A DNA stretch of 63,999 nucleotides, counting the filler, from an uncultured bacterium (lineage in GTDB: Bacteria > DAOPZR01): assembly GCA_964637655.1 (NCBI GenBank). It is 16 parts of 16 records of this genome, joined end to end, with 100 filler letters (N's around TTAATTAATTAA, not from the genome) between each part and the next. Parts side by side here need not be neighbours in the genome. Positions count along the whole stretch, not along the records: positions 25,028 to 29,053 come from CAZWUZ010000318.1; positions 29,154 to 33,147 come from CAZWUZ010000319.1; positions 33,248 to 37,233 come from CAZWUZ010000320.1; positions 37,334 to 41,292 come from CAZWUZ010000321.1; 12 more parts are not named here. The stretch is one strand, 5' to 3'. Numbering within the stretch: the stretch's first letter is position 1; each line of letters starts with the position of its first letter. Of this stretch, positions 28,042-39,736 are shown one piece after another. The position numbers and the translations under genes were made by a program. Under the pieces are notes generated by a model. It saw only the letters and a list, made by a program, of their open reading frames with translations, searched no databases and was not told the DNA's origin.

Positions 28042-29052
28042 ATGCGTATGAACTCCATGAGCAGGATAGCGCAGTTGACGGTCTGGTGCTGGCTGTTGTG
28101 TAGCCTGCTCATGGCGGCCGGTTGCGCGCCGGATAGGCAGGCCCTGCGCCGGACCGGACCGGCACCGCTCGATATGGCGCAACTCCAGCGGCAATTTGCA
28201 GCCGGGGACTTTGCCGCCATCGACCGGTACGTCGCGGAACAACTGGCTGATAAAACCAACCCCGTCTGCCGGGAGAACCTCATCACGCTCTATAGCGAAC
28301 TGCCCGCCACGGAAAATGCCGGCGAACTGTTGCAGGAATGGTCGCGGCAGAACATCGCTTCACCCGCCCTGCATACGCTGCGCGGCATGTACTTCATCCT
28401 CTATGCCTGGCAGGCGCGCGGCACCGGCTGGGCGAACACCGTGACGCCGGAAATGAAAAAACTGTTTCGCGAACGACTGGACATTGCCCGCACCGAACTC
28501 GCCTACGCCTACGAGTTGAATCCGGCCGACCCCAACAGTTCGGCCATCATGCTGGTGGTCGAACGGGGGAGCAACCCGGACAGCGCGGCAATGGAAACAT
28601 GGTTCCAGCGGGCCATCGCTGCCGACCCGTACCATACCCGCGCTTTTCTCAGCAAACAGACCTACCTTTATCCCAAGTGGCGCGGCTCGATCGCTGAGAC
28701 CCTGCAGTTCGCGCGCGCCGGCAGCGCGCTCGGCCCGCACAACCCCCGCCTGTTCCTGTTGCTACCCAACGCCCATAACGAGCTGTATTGGCGGACGGAT
28801 GAGGGCGAACGGGACGGCTACTACAACGCGGAGGTCTGGGCGGAACTGCTGGCGCTCTATCAGCAGGCAACAGCACGATACCCTGACCACCACCTCATCC
28901 ACAACAGTTTTGCGCGCGACGCCGTGCGGGCCGGGCAGCATGCAGTCGCCCGGCGTGAATTCGCCCTCGTCGGCGAGGTGTGGGCGCCGGAGGTCTGGGA
29001 CGACGCCGCGGAATTCACCGTGGCACGGGAAAAAGCGAACGCGGGCAACTGA
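28042..29052 (+). CDS. DUF4034-like helical-repeat lipoprotein
   Basis: AAGC lipobox; AWQARGTGWANTVT, LYPKWRGS motifs. TTGACG-17-TAGAAT promoter and GGAG RBS. Confidence 0.7.
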   Translation: MRMNSMSRIAQLTVWCWLLCSLLMAAGCAPDRQALRRTGPAPLDMAQLQRQFAAGDFAAIDRYVAEQLADKTNPVCRENLITLYSELPATENAGELLQEWSRQNIASPALHTLRGMYFILYAWQARGTGWANTVTPEMKKLFRERLDIARTELAYAYELNPADPNSSAIMLVVERGSNPDSAAMETWFQRAIAADPYHTRAFLSKQTYLYPKWRGSIAETLQFARAGSALGPHNPRLFLLLPNAHNELYWRTDEGERDGYYNAEVWAELLALYQQATARYPDHHLIHNSFARDAVRAGQHAVARREFALVGEVWAPEVWDDAAEFTVAREKANAGN

Positions 29053-29315
29053 GNNNNNNNNNNNNNNNNNNNNNNNNNNNNNNNNNNNNNNNNNNNNTTA
29101 ATTAATTAANNNNNNNNNNNNNNNNNNNNNNNNNNNNNNNNNNNNNNNNNNNNGATACGGTCAGCAGCAGAAAAGTGCGCGGAGGCGGGATTGAATGTCT
29201 TATGGACTACACGATCATCGGGCGGGTCAGCAGCGGGCTGCAGGTCTTCTCCCGCCTGCAGCCGGGAACGCGCATCCAGCATGCCTGGGTGCAAAGCCGC
29301 TACTGACGCCGGCCG

Positions 29316-30986
29316 TCAGTAGACCTGCAGCAACAGCGTCGTGCCATCCTCGTACACGGCAGGATACTCCGCCCGGTAGGCCGGCACCGACGGCAGCGGG
29401 TCGCGCGAACGGTGCTCGGCGAGCCAGTCCTTGTGCAGCACGATATACCGCACCCGGTGTTCGGCCAGTTGCCGGTGCTGGCGGGGCAGGTCCGCCAGTT
29501 CCAGGTAATCGCGCAGGGCGGTTCCCAGTTTCCGCGCATTGTGCCCTTCGACGATCGGCTGCCGGTGGAATGTCTGGTACATCATGGCCAGCAGGGAATA
29601 CCGGGCATCGCCTCCCGGCAGGTCAAGAATGCCGTACGCTTCCCCGCCGGCAGGGAGCATGCCGTACACCGGCAGCGCCTCGATCAGGGTGACTTCACGG
29701 CGCGGGACGCAGTACTCCGCGACAATCAGCAGCGCCAGCGCCACCGCCGCGATCCGCCAGGCGCGCTGCCGTCGCTGCCAGAGTTCATGCAGCGCGACGG
29801 CGGCCAGGATGGCCAGGAAAAGATAGACCAGCGGTTTGAGCCGGACGGGCGCCCGGGCCAGGTTGAACAGCGGCACTGATTTCAGGACCGCGTACGGCAG
29901 GGGGAGCGGGGTCACGTAGCCGCCGACATGCAGATGACTGCCCATGGCCAGGACGGTGCATGCCGCCAGGCCAAGGACGAATTTCCGGTACGCGGGCAGC
30001 CAGAAGACGCGGGCGGACAGCAGCAGCACCAGGACCGCCGCGCCCCAGTACACGGTGCTTTCCCAGGCATTGCCCGTCAGGCGCCGGTTGACGACGTCCA
30101 GCCATGCCGGTCCGGACAGCCAATGGTGCGGGTACGGCAGGACCAGGGCGGCGGCGTCGAGGACCAGCACGTCATGCGTGGCGCGGCTGATCTCCGGATG
30201 GCGAACCCCCGCCTCGACCAGCGCCACCAGCCAGGGCGCCAGCAGGACACAGGGTATCGTCACCACCGGCACCGTGCGCGCCACCACCGGCCACAGCAGC
30301 AGCTGCCGCCGCCGCAAAACCAGGTAGCCGTACCCGAGCACAACGAAGATGAGCAAGGCCAGCAGGTAGTACCAGCTGCACAGGGCGTTCAGCAGGAAGA
30401 ACATGCCGGCGAGCATCAGGTCACGCGCCCGCCCATGCCGCAGCGCGCGCAGGTAAAACAGCATGAAGAGCGGCATGAACTGGATGGCGATCAGGTTCAG
30501 GTGATGCTGCGCCGACGCCAGCTGCGCCGGGTTGAAGCCGTAGATAATGCCCCCCAGCAGGGCGGCATAACGGTTGCGCAGCAGGTAGCAGATCAGCAGG
30601 TAGGCGCCGAGCCCGGCGAAGACCAGGCAATGGAGCACGACCAGGTTATACACCCACGGCCGGGGCAGGAACCGGCGGAGCAGCATGGCAACGGCCAGGT
30701 TGTAGAATGAATAATCATTGCAGACCAGCCGGCTGCCCTGCGGGTAGTAGATGGCCGTCGTCGCCGTCAACGTGAGCCCCGGCTCCGTCAGCACCCGTTC
30801 CGCCCACCAGAAATTCCAGAAATAGTAGAGGTTGTCTTCCGGCGGGCCGATGATGAAATCGCCGAACAGGTGCGCCTGCGGGGCAGCCAGCAGCACCGCG
30901 ACGGCGACATACAGCGCCAGGGCCAGCAGCAGCCCGCGCCGCGAGTACCAGGCCGTGTCGCCCGGGAGAACAGCGGATACGGCCAT
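29316..30986 (-). CDS. Polytopic membrane protein, GT-C/YfhO-like
   Basis: DNLYYFWNFWW, YNL..L, ALLGGIIYGFNP, RAPVR, MMYQTFHRQPIVEG; many TMs. Confidence 0.65.
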   Translation of the reverse strand: MAVSAVLPGDTAWYSRRGLLLALALYVAVAVLLAAPQAHLFGDFIIGPPEDNLYYFWNFWWAERVLTEPGLTLTATTAIYYPQGSRLVCNDYSFYNLAVAMLLRRFLPRPWVYNLVVLHCLVFAGLGAYLLICYLLRNRYAALLGGIIYGFNPAQLASAQHHLNLIAIQFMPLFMLFYLRALRHGRARDLMLAGMFFLLNALCSWYYLLALLIFVVLGYGYLVLRRRQLLLWPVVARTVPVVTIPCVLLAPWLVALVEAGVRHPEISRATHDVLVLDAAALVLPYPHHWLSGPAWLDVVNRRLTGNAWESTVYWGAAVLVLLLSARVFWLPAYRKFVLGLAACTVLAMGSHLHVGGYVTPLPLPYAVLKSVPLFNLARAPVRLKPLVYLFLAILAAVALHELWQRRQRAWRIAAVALALLIVAEYCVPRREVTLIEALPVYGMLPAGGEAYGILDLPGGDARYSLLAMMYQTFHRQPIVEGHNARKLGTALRDYLELADLPRQHRQLAEHRVRYIVLHKDWLAEHRSRDPLPSVPAYRAEYPAVYEDGTTLLLQVY

Positions 30987-32340
30987 CACCGGGTCTGCCG
31001 GACGCCGCCAGCCGTCACCGGACACCGCAGCACGCGGCCGGGGCAATTCGTTACCCGGCGACCGTCATAGGCCAGCACCCCGTTGACCCATACCGCCAGC
31101 ACCCCGGTCGGGGTCTGCGCGGGACGGTCGTACGTCGCCCGCGCGGCGAAACGCGGCAGGTCGAGGAGGACGAGGTCGGCCGCGCAACCGACCGCCAGCC
31201 GCCCGCGGTCCGCCAGGCCGAAGCGCTGCGCCGGCTGCGCCGTCATCTTCCACAGCGCCGCCGCCGGGGTCAATGCCCCGGCGCCGCGCGTCACGGCGCG
31301 GTAGAACGCCGGCATCATGCCGAACGCGCGCGGGTGCATCCCCCGGCCGAACAGCCCGTCGCTGCCGGGCACGGCCAGCGGCTCCCGGCACAACCGCGCC
31401 GTGCGCCGCGCGTCCATCGAGAACATCAGCATGGACGCGCGACCCTGCTCATCCGCAATCACACGGCAGACCGCGCCGACCGGGTCGGTACCCAGCGCGC
31501 GGGCGACCGCCGCAATCGTCTGGCCGTTCAGCCGCCGGTGCCGCTGCAGGTTGGTCAGGCGGATGCGGCCGGCGCCGATGATGCGGAGGTAATTCTCCCA
31601 GTCGCCGGCCGGGGCGGCCAGTTCCGCGCGCAAACGCGCCGCCACCCGCGGCTCCCGCAGGCGCCGGCAGAACACCGCCGGGCCGCCGGCCAGGGCCCAG
31701 GCCGGCAGCAGGGCGTTGGCGGTGGTGCTCCCCGCCGCGTAGGGATTGCAGTCGAACCCGACATCCTGCCCTGCGCGGCGGGCCTGCCGCACCAGCTGCG
31801 TCAGTTGCGCGTACTTGTGCCAGTTGGCGCGGCCGTAGGCCTTGAGGTGCGACAGTTCGATCCGCAGCGGGAAATCACGGGTCAGTGCCAGCACGCGGCG
31901 CACGCTTTCAACCGTGCGGTTGCCCTCGTCCCACCCGTGCACTGCCAGCACCCGCCCGGGAACCTCCGCCAAAACCGCCAGTGCCCGGCGCAGTTCCGCT
32001 TCGTCCGCGTAACTGTTGGGCGGATAGATCATCCCCAGCGACAGGCCGCGCGTGCCCGCCCGCAGCTCCGCCCGCAGGCATCGACCCAGCGCGCGCGCTT
32101 CCGCCGCGGTCAGCGGCCGCGCGACATTCCCCGCGACGGCAAGTCGCAGCGGCCCGTAGGCCGACAGCGGGGCCAGGTTGGTCGGCGAAACGCCCGCAAC
32201 CGCCGCGGCATACCCCGCCAGGTCGCGCCAGGCCGCCCGCCCGTCGCCGAAGACGCCGGCGTACCCCCGCAGATACGCGTCCGCCGACTGCGGGGTGCGG
32301 AACGGGAACACGCCCAGCCCGCAGTTGCCGGTAGTATAGC
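30986..32340 (-). pseudogene. N-acyl-D-amino-acid deacylase lacking its N-terminus
   Basis: Homology starts at TTGNCG, followed by GLSLGMIYPP, SHLK, PYAAGST, GSDG, HPRAFG, KMTAQPA, ADLVL. The PGFIDxHxH region is absent upstream. Confidence 0.65.
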
Positions 32341-32789
32341 AGTATCCCACTGTCCACAAAATTATTGTACCACCGCCGCCGGCAGGCGTCAACGGATATT
32401 TTGCTGACGGGCGGTACGGTGAAAAAAGCCCCATTACCTCGCGCGCTTGTGGTATAATTATGCGGTAAGGCAACCGTCACTTTGTTCCGGTTGCCCCCTG
32501 CGGGGCAGGCTTGCTACTCGCGGCCACTATACCGCACTACGTGCGGAACTTGGCCACTCGCAGCTAAGGATCGGGAGGTAGCTGCCGGAAGCGGAGGATC
32601 CGGCAGTAAGATGGTCGCCACCGAGAAAACCGCGCAGTTGGGCGCGCGGCCGGGGTCGCTGGCGGCCCTCCCCCACACAGCTTGTGTGGGAGGGGGTTGC
32701 CCATGGCAGGCACGGTCGTCCTTCAACAGGGCTGTACTCACCGCCACGCACCCCAATCGAATCCCCCTGTGTCGGGCCTCATCCCCGCC

Positions 32790-33147
32790 ATGCTGCCGGA
32801 CCGCCCGCACGTATATCGCCCACGCTACCAGCAGAAGACGAAACTGCATCAGGTGGTGCGCGATAACCTCGACGAGTTCCTGCGCGTCTACGACAGCCGC
32901 TTCGCGGCAACCTACGGCCCGCTGCGACCCGAGGTGGAGCGCTCCTTCCGCGCGTTCCTGAAATGCGGCTGTCCGGAGGAGGGTTTCGCCACCTTCCAAT
33001 GCGCGGACTGCAAGCACGCGTTCATCGTGCCGTTCTCGTGTAAGAACTGGCTCTGCCCGTCGTGCTCGGCGAAGCGGACCCTCGACTGGGCAATGTGGTT
33101 GACCACCGAGGCCCTCTACGATCAGCCCCACTATCACATCGTCGCGA
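32790..33147 (+). mobile_element. IS91/ISCR-family transposase, N-terminal Zn-binding domain (3' truncated)
   Basis: YRPR...LHQVV, FLKCG, GFA..QCADC, VPFSCK..LCPSC, HYHIV. Confidence 0.85.
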
Positions 33148-33319
33148 NNNNNNNNNNNNNNNNNNNNNNNNNNNNNNNNNNNNNNNNNNNNTTAATTAAT
33201 TAANNNNNNNNNNNNNNNNNNNNNNNNNNNNNNNNNNNNNNNNNNNNCGGGCCGTGACATCAACGCATTGACGCTGTCGTTGCGCGTGGGGTATACTGCC
33301 GAAGGGAGAACTGCCTGAC

Positions 33320-34828
33320 ATGATCCGCCTCAAACGCGCCCTGCTCTCGGTGAGCGACAAGCAGGGCCTGGTCGAATTCGCCCGGCAGCTGCACGGGCGC
33401 GGCGTGGAACTCTGCGCCACGGGGGGCACGGCGCAGGCGCTGCGTGACGCGGGGCTGCCGGTGACGACGGTCGAATCGCTGACCGGGTGGCCGGAGATGC
33501 TCGACGGGCGCGTCAAGACGCTGCATCCCGCGCTGCACGCGGGGCTGCTCGCGCTGCCTGATAACCCGGAACATCAGCGGCAGCTGGCGGCGGCAAACCT
33601 CCAGCCATTCGAACTGGTCGTGGTCAACCTCTACCCCTTCGCGAAGCGGCTGCAGGAGGGGCGCAGCGACGAGGAACTGACGGAGGCGATCGACATCGGC
33701 GGCGTGACGCTGCTGCGCGCGGCAGGGAAGAATCACGCGGCGGTGGCGGCGGTGAGTGACCCGGCGCAGTACCCGGCGGTGCTGCGCGAACTGCGCGAGC
33801 ACGGCGGCGTGCGGCGGACGACGGCGCGTGCGCTGGCAGCCGAGGCCTTCCGCGTGACCGCGGCCTTCGACGCGCTGGTGCACGGACACCTGAGCGGCGG
33901 CGCGGGGGAGTGCCTGCCGCTGGTGCGGCGGCTGCCGTTGCGCTACGGCGAAAACCCGCACCAGGAGGCGGTGCTGCTCGGGCCCGACGGCGCGCTCCCC
34001 TTCACGCAGCTGCAGGGGAAGGAACTCTCCTACAACAACCTGCTCGACCTCGACACGGTACTCGGCTACCTCGGCGAATGCGACGGCCCGGCGGCGGTGA
34101 TCACCAAGCACAGCAACCCCTGCGGCGCGCGCGAAGGCGGCAGCGCGCGGGAGCTGTACGAGGGGGCGCTGCGCGGGGACCCGACGGCGGCGTTCGGTGG
34201 CATCCTCGGGCTCAACCGCCCGCTCGACGCGGGGACGGCGCACCTGCTGACCGGGCGCTTCTGGGAGGTGGTGGTTGCCCCGTCGTTCAGCGACGAGGTG
34301 CGGCGTATCCTCGCGCACAAGCCGAAACTGGCGGCGCTGGCGTACGACTCGCAGGCGGCGGCGGCGGAATGGGACTACCGCTCGGTGGGGAGCGGCATCC
34401 TCAAACAGCAGCGCGACCGGCTCGCCGGGCTGGGCGAGTAGAAGGTCGCGTCGCGCGCCGTGCCCGACGAGCGGCAGTGGCGCGACCTCGCCTTTGCCTG
34501 GCGGCTGGTCAAGTACGTCAAATCGAATGCGATTGTCATCGTCAAGGACGGCGAGGTGTACGGGGTCGGCGCAGGCCAGATGTCACGCGTGGCGTCGGTG
34601 CGCCTCGCGCTGGAACAGGCACGCGCGGAGCAGCGCGACCTGCGCGGCGCGGTGCTCGCCTCGGACGGGTTTTTCCCGTTCCGCGACGGGTTCGACCTGG
34701 CGGCAACGGCGGGGATTACGGCCGTGGTGCAGCCCGGGGGCTCGGTGCGCGACACGGACATCATCGCGGCGGCGGACGCGCAGCGCGTGGCACTGGTGCT
34801 GACCGGGCAGCGGCATTTCCGCCACTGA
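33320..34828 (+). pseudogene. purH: Bifunctional AICAR transformylase/IMP cyclohydrolase with one in-frame TAG
   Basis: RALLSVSDK, DGRVKTLHP, IDIGG, LRYGENPHQ, GKELSYNN, KHSNPCG; TAG at 34439-34441; same frame resumes with KYVKSNAI, GAGQMSR, ASDGFFPF, QPGGSVRD, RHFRH. Confidence 0.9.
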
Positions 34829-34889
34829 CACGCGGCGCGGAAGTATGGTAGGATGACAGCAGCGGCGGCAGCCGCACAAGGAGAGCCAG

Positions 34890-36230
34890 ATGACCGGCGG
34901 CAAAAAGAAGTATTTCGTGATCGACACCAACGTCCTGCTGCATGACCCGCGCTGCCTGCACGCCTTCGCGGACAACGTCGTCGTCATTCCGCTCATCGTC
35001 ATCGAGGAACTGGACACCTTCAAGCGGCGGCAGGACGAGGTCGGGCGCAACTCGCGCGTCGCCTCGCACGAACTCGACGTGCTGCGCCAGCAGTCGCCGC
35101 TGGGCAAGGGGGTCACCCTCAAGAGCGGCGGCATGGTGCGCATCATGATCGAGCACCAGGACATCGGCATGCTCCCTGCCGGGCTGCAGAAGCCGACGGC
35201 GGACAACCAGATTCTCGCGGTGGCGATGTACCTCAAGCAGCAGAATCCCGACGTGCCGGTGACGCTGGTCTCCAAGGACCTCAACATGCGCATCAAGGCG
35301 GACGCCATCGGGGTGCATGCGGCCGACTACGAGACGGACACGGTCAACATCGAGGAACTCTACTCCGGGTACAGCGAACTGAAGGTGCCGGGCGCGACGG
35401 TGGACGCCTTCTTCCGCGAGCGCGAATGGGAACCGCCGGCGGCGGCGAAGGAAAAACTGTTCACCAACGGCTTTGTCATGCTTACCGACGAGCAGAACCC
35501 GTCGCACACGGCGCTGGCGCAGTACCGGGCGGACAAGGGCAAACTCGTGCCGCTGCACTACGAGGACAAGAAGATCTGGGGGATCAAGGCGCGCAACAAG
35601 GAGCAGCGCTTCGCCCTCGAACTGCTGATGGACGACAGCATCCGCATTGTCACGCTGGTCGGTTTCGCCGGCACGGGGAAAACGCTGCTCGCGCTGGCGG
35701 CGGGCCTGCACAAGACGGTGGACGAGCAGAAATACAAGAAACTGCTCGTCTCGCGCCCCATCATCCCGATGGGCAAGGACCTCGGCTACCTGCCGGGTGA
35801 CGTGCAGGAAAAACTCCTCCCGCGCATGCAGCCGATCTCCGACAACCTGCAGTTCCTCTTCTCGGCGGTGGGTGACGCGCACATGGGCGAGAGCGAGATG
35901 AACGAACTGATCGAGAACGGGGTGGTGGAACTGGAACCGCTGACCTACATCCGCGGGCGCAGCATCCCCGACCAGTACATCATCGTCGACGAGGCGCAGA
36001 ACCTGACCCCGCACGAGATCAAGACCATCATCACGCGCGCGGGGAACAACACCAAGATCGTGCTGACGGGCGACCCGTACCAGATCGACCACGCCTACCT
36101 CGATTCCGATTCGAACGGGCTGACCTACCTGGTGGAACGTTTCAAGGGGCAGGCGATGGCGGGGCATATCACCTTCACCAAAGGCGAGCGCTCCGACCTG
36201 GCGGAGATGGCGGCGCGGCTGCTGCGGTAA
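34890..36230 (+). CDS. PIN-PhoH (PhoH2/YlaK) protein
   Basis: [57 protein letters not shown]. Confidence 0.93.
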   Translation: MTGGKKKYFVIDTNVLLHDPRCLHAFADNVVVIPLIVIEELDTFKRRQDEVGRNSRVASHELDVLRQQSPLGKGVTLKSGGMVRIMIEHQDIGMLPAGLQKPTADNQILAVAMYLKQQNPDVPVTLVSKDLNMRIKADAIGVHAADYETDTVNIEELYSGYSELKVPGATVDAFFREREWEPPAAAKEKLFTNGFVMLTDEQNPSHTALAQYRADKGKLVPLHYEDKKIWGIKARNKEQRFALELLMDDSIRIVTLVGFAGTGKTLLALAAGLHKTVDEQKYKKLLVSRPIIPMGKDLGYLPGDVQEKLLPRMQPISDNLQFLFSAVGDAHMGESEMNELIENGVVELEPLTYIRGRSIPDQYIIVDEAQNLTPHEIKTIITRAGNNTKIVLTGDPYQIDHAYLDSDSNGLTYLVERFKGQAMAGHITFTKGERSDLAEMAARLLR

Positions 36231-36252
36231 AAACGACGGCGGAGGTGTGAGG

Positions 36253-37233
36253 ATGGCACTGGAAACGCTGGCATTCGTACTGGCGGGCGGCAAGGGCACG
36301 CGGCTGGGACCGCTGTGCGACGAGCGGGCCAAGCCTGCGGTCATCTTCGGCGGCAAGTACCGCATCATTGACTTCGTGCTCAACAACCTGGTCAACTCTG
36401 GCTACTACCGCATCAAGGTGCTGACCCAGTTCAAGTCCGACTCGCTCAACAAGCACCTCTCCAACGGCTGGCAGTTGAACCGCTTCCTCGGGCAGTATGT
36501 CGACGCGGTGCCGGCGCAAATGCGCACGGGGGATGACTGGTACCTCGGCACGGCGGACGCCATCTACCAGAACCTCAACCTTATCTACGAAAACGACCCG
36601 GCTTACGTCGCGGTGTTCGGCGGCGACCATGTTTATAAGATGGACGTGCGCCAGATGCTCGAGTTTCACAAGCAGAAGGGCGCGGTGGCGACGGTGGCGG
36701 CCATCCCGGTGCCGAAGAAGGAGGCGTCGGCGTTCGGCATCATCCACACGGACGCCAACGACCGCATCATCGCCTTCATCGAGAAACCGGAAAACCCGCC
36801 CGAAATCCCCGGGCGGCCCGGCTGGTGCTACGCTTCGATGGGCAATTACTATTTCACCACCGAGGCGCTGGTCAATGTGCTCAAGCAGGACGCGCAGGAC
36901 GCCACCAGCAGCCACGATTTCGGCAAGAACGTCATTCCCTACCTGCAGCGCAACTACCCGGTATTCGCCTACAACTTCGCGGACAATGTGGTGCCGGGCG
37001 CCACGCCGGAAGAACGCGGCTACTGGCGTGACGTCGGGACGGTGGACGCCTATTTCGAGGCGAACATGGACCTGCGCAACGTCAAGCCGGTGTTCAACCT
37101 CTACAACTACCAGTGGCCGCTGCGCACGACGACCCATCCCTATCCGCCGGCGAAATTCGTTTTCAGCCAGCCGGGGCGCAAGGGGGAGTCGATCGACTCC
37201 ATCGTCAGCGAGGGGTGTATTATCAGCGGCGGC
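36253..37233 (+). CDS. glgC: Glucose-1-phosphate adenylyltransferase (3' truncated)
   Basis: [59 protein letters not shown]. Confidence 0.96.
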
Positions 37234-37333
37234 NNNNNNNNNNNNNNNNNNNNNNNNNNNNNNNNNNNNNNNNNNNNTTAATTAATTAANNNNNNNNNNN
37301 NNNNNNNNNNNNNNNNNNNNNNNNNNNNNNNNN

Positions 37334-38003
37334 GTTCATCGCCTCAATGTCGCACGAACTGCGCACCCCGCTCAACTCCATCATCGGGTTTACCGGCATC
37401 ATCCTGCAGGAACTCCCCGGCCCGCTCAACGCCGAACAGCATAAGCAGCTCGAGATGGTGCGCGGCAGCGCGCGTCACCTGCTCGCACTCATCAACGACG
37501 TGCTCGATATCTCGAAGATCGAGGCGGGGCAGATGACCGTGGTGCGCGAGCCATTCGACCTCGACGCGGTGGCGCAGCGCACGGTGGCGGGCCTGCGTCC
37601 GCTGGCGGAGAAGAAGGGGCTGACCCTGACGCTGGCCGGTACGGGCGGGAAACTGCAGGGTGACGAGCGGCGGGTCGGGCAGGTGCTGCTCAATCTCATC
37701 AGCAATGCGGTCAAGTTCACCGAGCGCGGCAGCGTGACGGTGACGATTGCCCGCTCCGCGGCCGCGGTCAACATCGCGGTGCGCGATACCGGCATCGGCA
37801 TCAGGCCCGAAGACCGCGATGCGCTCTTCCGTCCCTTCCGGCAAATCGACAGCGGGTTGACGCGCAGGCATGACGGGACGGGGCTGGGGCTCTCCATCTG
37901 CAGAAAACTTACGGAACTGATGGGCGGCAGCATCACCGTTGCCAGTGAATTCGGGCAGGGGAGCACGTTCACCGTCACCCTGCCGCTGACGCCGGAGGCA
38001 TAG
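37334..38003 (+). CDS. Sensor histidine kinase, C-terminal part
   Basis: SHELRTPL, NAVKFT, DTGIG, GTGLGL, GSTF. Confidence 0.93.
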
Positions 38004-38004
38004 C

Positions 38005-38379
38005 ATGGCGAAGACCATTCTGGTCATCGAGGACAACGAGCAGAACATGTACCTGATGCGTTTCCTGCTCGAGAAGCACGGCTATGCCGTGCGCGAGGCC
38101 TGGGACGGGCCTGCAGGCGTCGCCGCGGCGCAGGCGGAACCGCCAGCGGCCATCCTGCTCGATATTCAGTTGCCCGGCATGGACGGGTACGCGGTGGCGG
38201 CGGCGCTGCGTGCTGATGCCGCGCTGGCCATGGTCCCGATTATCGCGGTCACTTCCTATGCCATGCCGGGCGACCGCGAAAAGGTGCTGGCCGCCGGGGC
38301 CACCGCCTACATCGAGAAGCCCATCAACCCCGACACCTTCGTCGAACAGATCAAACCCTACGTGGAACGGGAGAACTGA
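38005..38379 (+). CDS. Single-domain response regulator (DivK-like)
   Basis: VIEDN, LDIQLP, AVTSYAM, KPI. Confidence 0.92.
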   Translation: MAKTILVIEDNEQNMYLMRFLLEKHGYAVREAWDGPAGVAAAQAEPPAAILLDIQLPGMDGYAVAAALRADAALAMVPIIAVTSYAMPGDREKVLAAGATAYIEKPINPDTFVEQIKPYVEREN

Positions 38380-38380
38380 C

Positions 38381-39574
38381 ATGCCGCGCGTGCTTGTTGT
38401 CGACGATCTGCCGGAAAACGTCTACCTGCTGAAGGTCATGCTCGAGAGTTTCGGCTACGCGGTGGAAACCGCGGAGAACGGGGCGCAGGCGCTGGAGAAA
38501 GCGCGCGCGCAGCCCCCGGAGGTCGTCATCGCCGATATCCTCATGCCGGTGATGGACGGCTTCACCCTCTGCCGCGAATGGCGACAGGACAAGGCGCTGT
38601 GGCAGGTTCCCTTTGTCTTCTACACGGCAACCTACACGGACGAAAAAGATGAAAAATTCGCGCTGTCGCTCGGGGCCGACCGCTTCATCAGCAAGCCGGC
38701 GGAACCGGACGTCATCGTGCAGGCGGTGCAGGAACTGCTGGCCAGCGGCCGGAGCACGACGATGCCCGACAACGGGATGGCTCCCGAAACGGTCTACCTG
38801 CGCGAATACAACGAGGCGCTGGTGCGCAAACTCGAGGATAAGTGCAGGGATATGGAAAAGGCGAACGAGCGCCTGCGCGCCATCGACGGGATCAAGGACC
38901 ACCTGCTCGCCAACGTCTCCCACGAACTGCGCACCCCGCTGGTCGCCATCCGCGGCTACGCGGAGATGATCCGCAGCGGGCAGTCGGGCCCGGTCGCGGA
39001 ACGGCAGGCGGAACAGTGTGGCATCATGCTGCGCAATGTCGACCGCCTGCTGGCGATGATCGACAACCTGCTCTTTTTCGCCCGCGGCAGCCATGCGGAC
39101 GAACCGCTGAAACGGGAAATGGTGGACGCCGGGGCACTGCTCGACGAAGTGGTGGCACTGCTGGCGGGAAAGGCCCGCGAAGGGAAACTCTCCCTGCATG
39201 CTGAACCCGCACCCGCCATCAGCGTAACGGCTGACCGCCGCCGGCTGCTGCAGGCGCTGCTCACCGTGGCCGACAACGCGGTCAAGTTCACCCCGCCCGG
39301 CGGCAGTGTCACGCTCAGCGCGGTGGCGGAGAAGGGCGCGGTCCGTTTTATTATCCGTGACAGCGGGCGCGGGCTCAAACCCGGACATGAACAGCTGATA
39401 TTCGAGCGTTTCTACCAGGCGGACATGACCACCACGCGCGAGCATGGCGGGCTCGGCATCGGGCTGAGTATTGCCAAGGAGATTATCGAGCAGCACGGGG
39501 GAAGCGCCAGCGCGCAGAATATCGCGGGGAGCGGCTGCATCTTCACGCTCACGCTACCGGCGGTTGCAACCTGA
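38381..39574 (+). CDS. Hybrid receiver + histidine kinase
   Basis: VVDD...DILMP receiver; SHELRTPL, NAVKFT, DSGRG, GLGIGL. Confidence 0.92.
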   Translation: MPRVLVVDDLPENVYLLKVMLESFGYAVETAENGAQALEKARAQPPEVVIADILMPVMDGFTLCREWRQDKALWQVPFVFYTATYTDEKDEKFALSLGADRFISKPAEPDVIVQAVQELLASGRSTTMPDNGMAPETVYLREYNEALVRKLEDKCRDMEKANERLRAIDGIKDHLLANVSHELRTPLVAIRGYAEMIRSGQSGPVAERQAEQCGIMLRNVDRLLAMIDNLLFFARGSHADEPLKREMVDAGALLDEVVALLAGKAREGKLSLHAEPAPAISVTADRRRLLQALLTVADNAVKFTPPGGSVTLSAVAEKGAVRFIIRDSGRGLKPGHEQLIFERFYQADMTTTREHGGLGIGLSIAKEIIEQHGGSASAQNIAGSGCIFTLTLPAVAT

Positions 39575-39736
39575 TGTGCGGCAGCATGCTCTGCGCCACA
39601 ATATTGTGAAACTTGACACGAACGGAGATTTACGGATACAATATTCGTGAACATAATACGGCAGCAGATGTCAGGGCATACCCGGACGAGGTGGGCTGAT
39701 GATATCTGATAATGTCGCACAACGGGCCGGTGTCCC

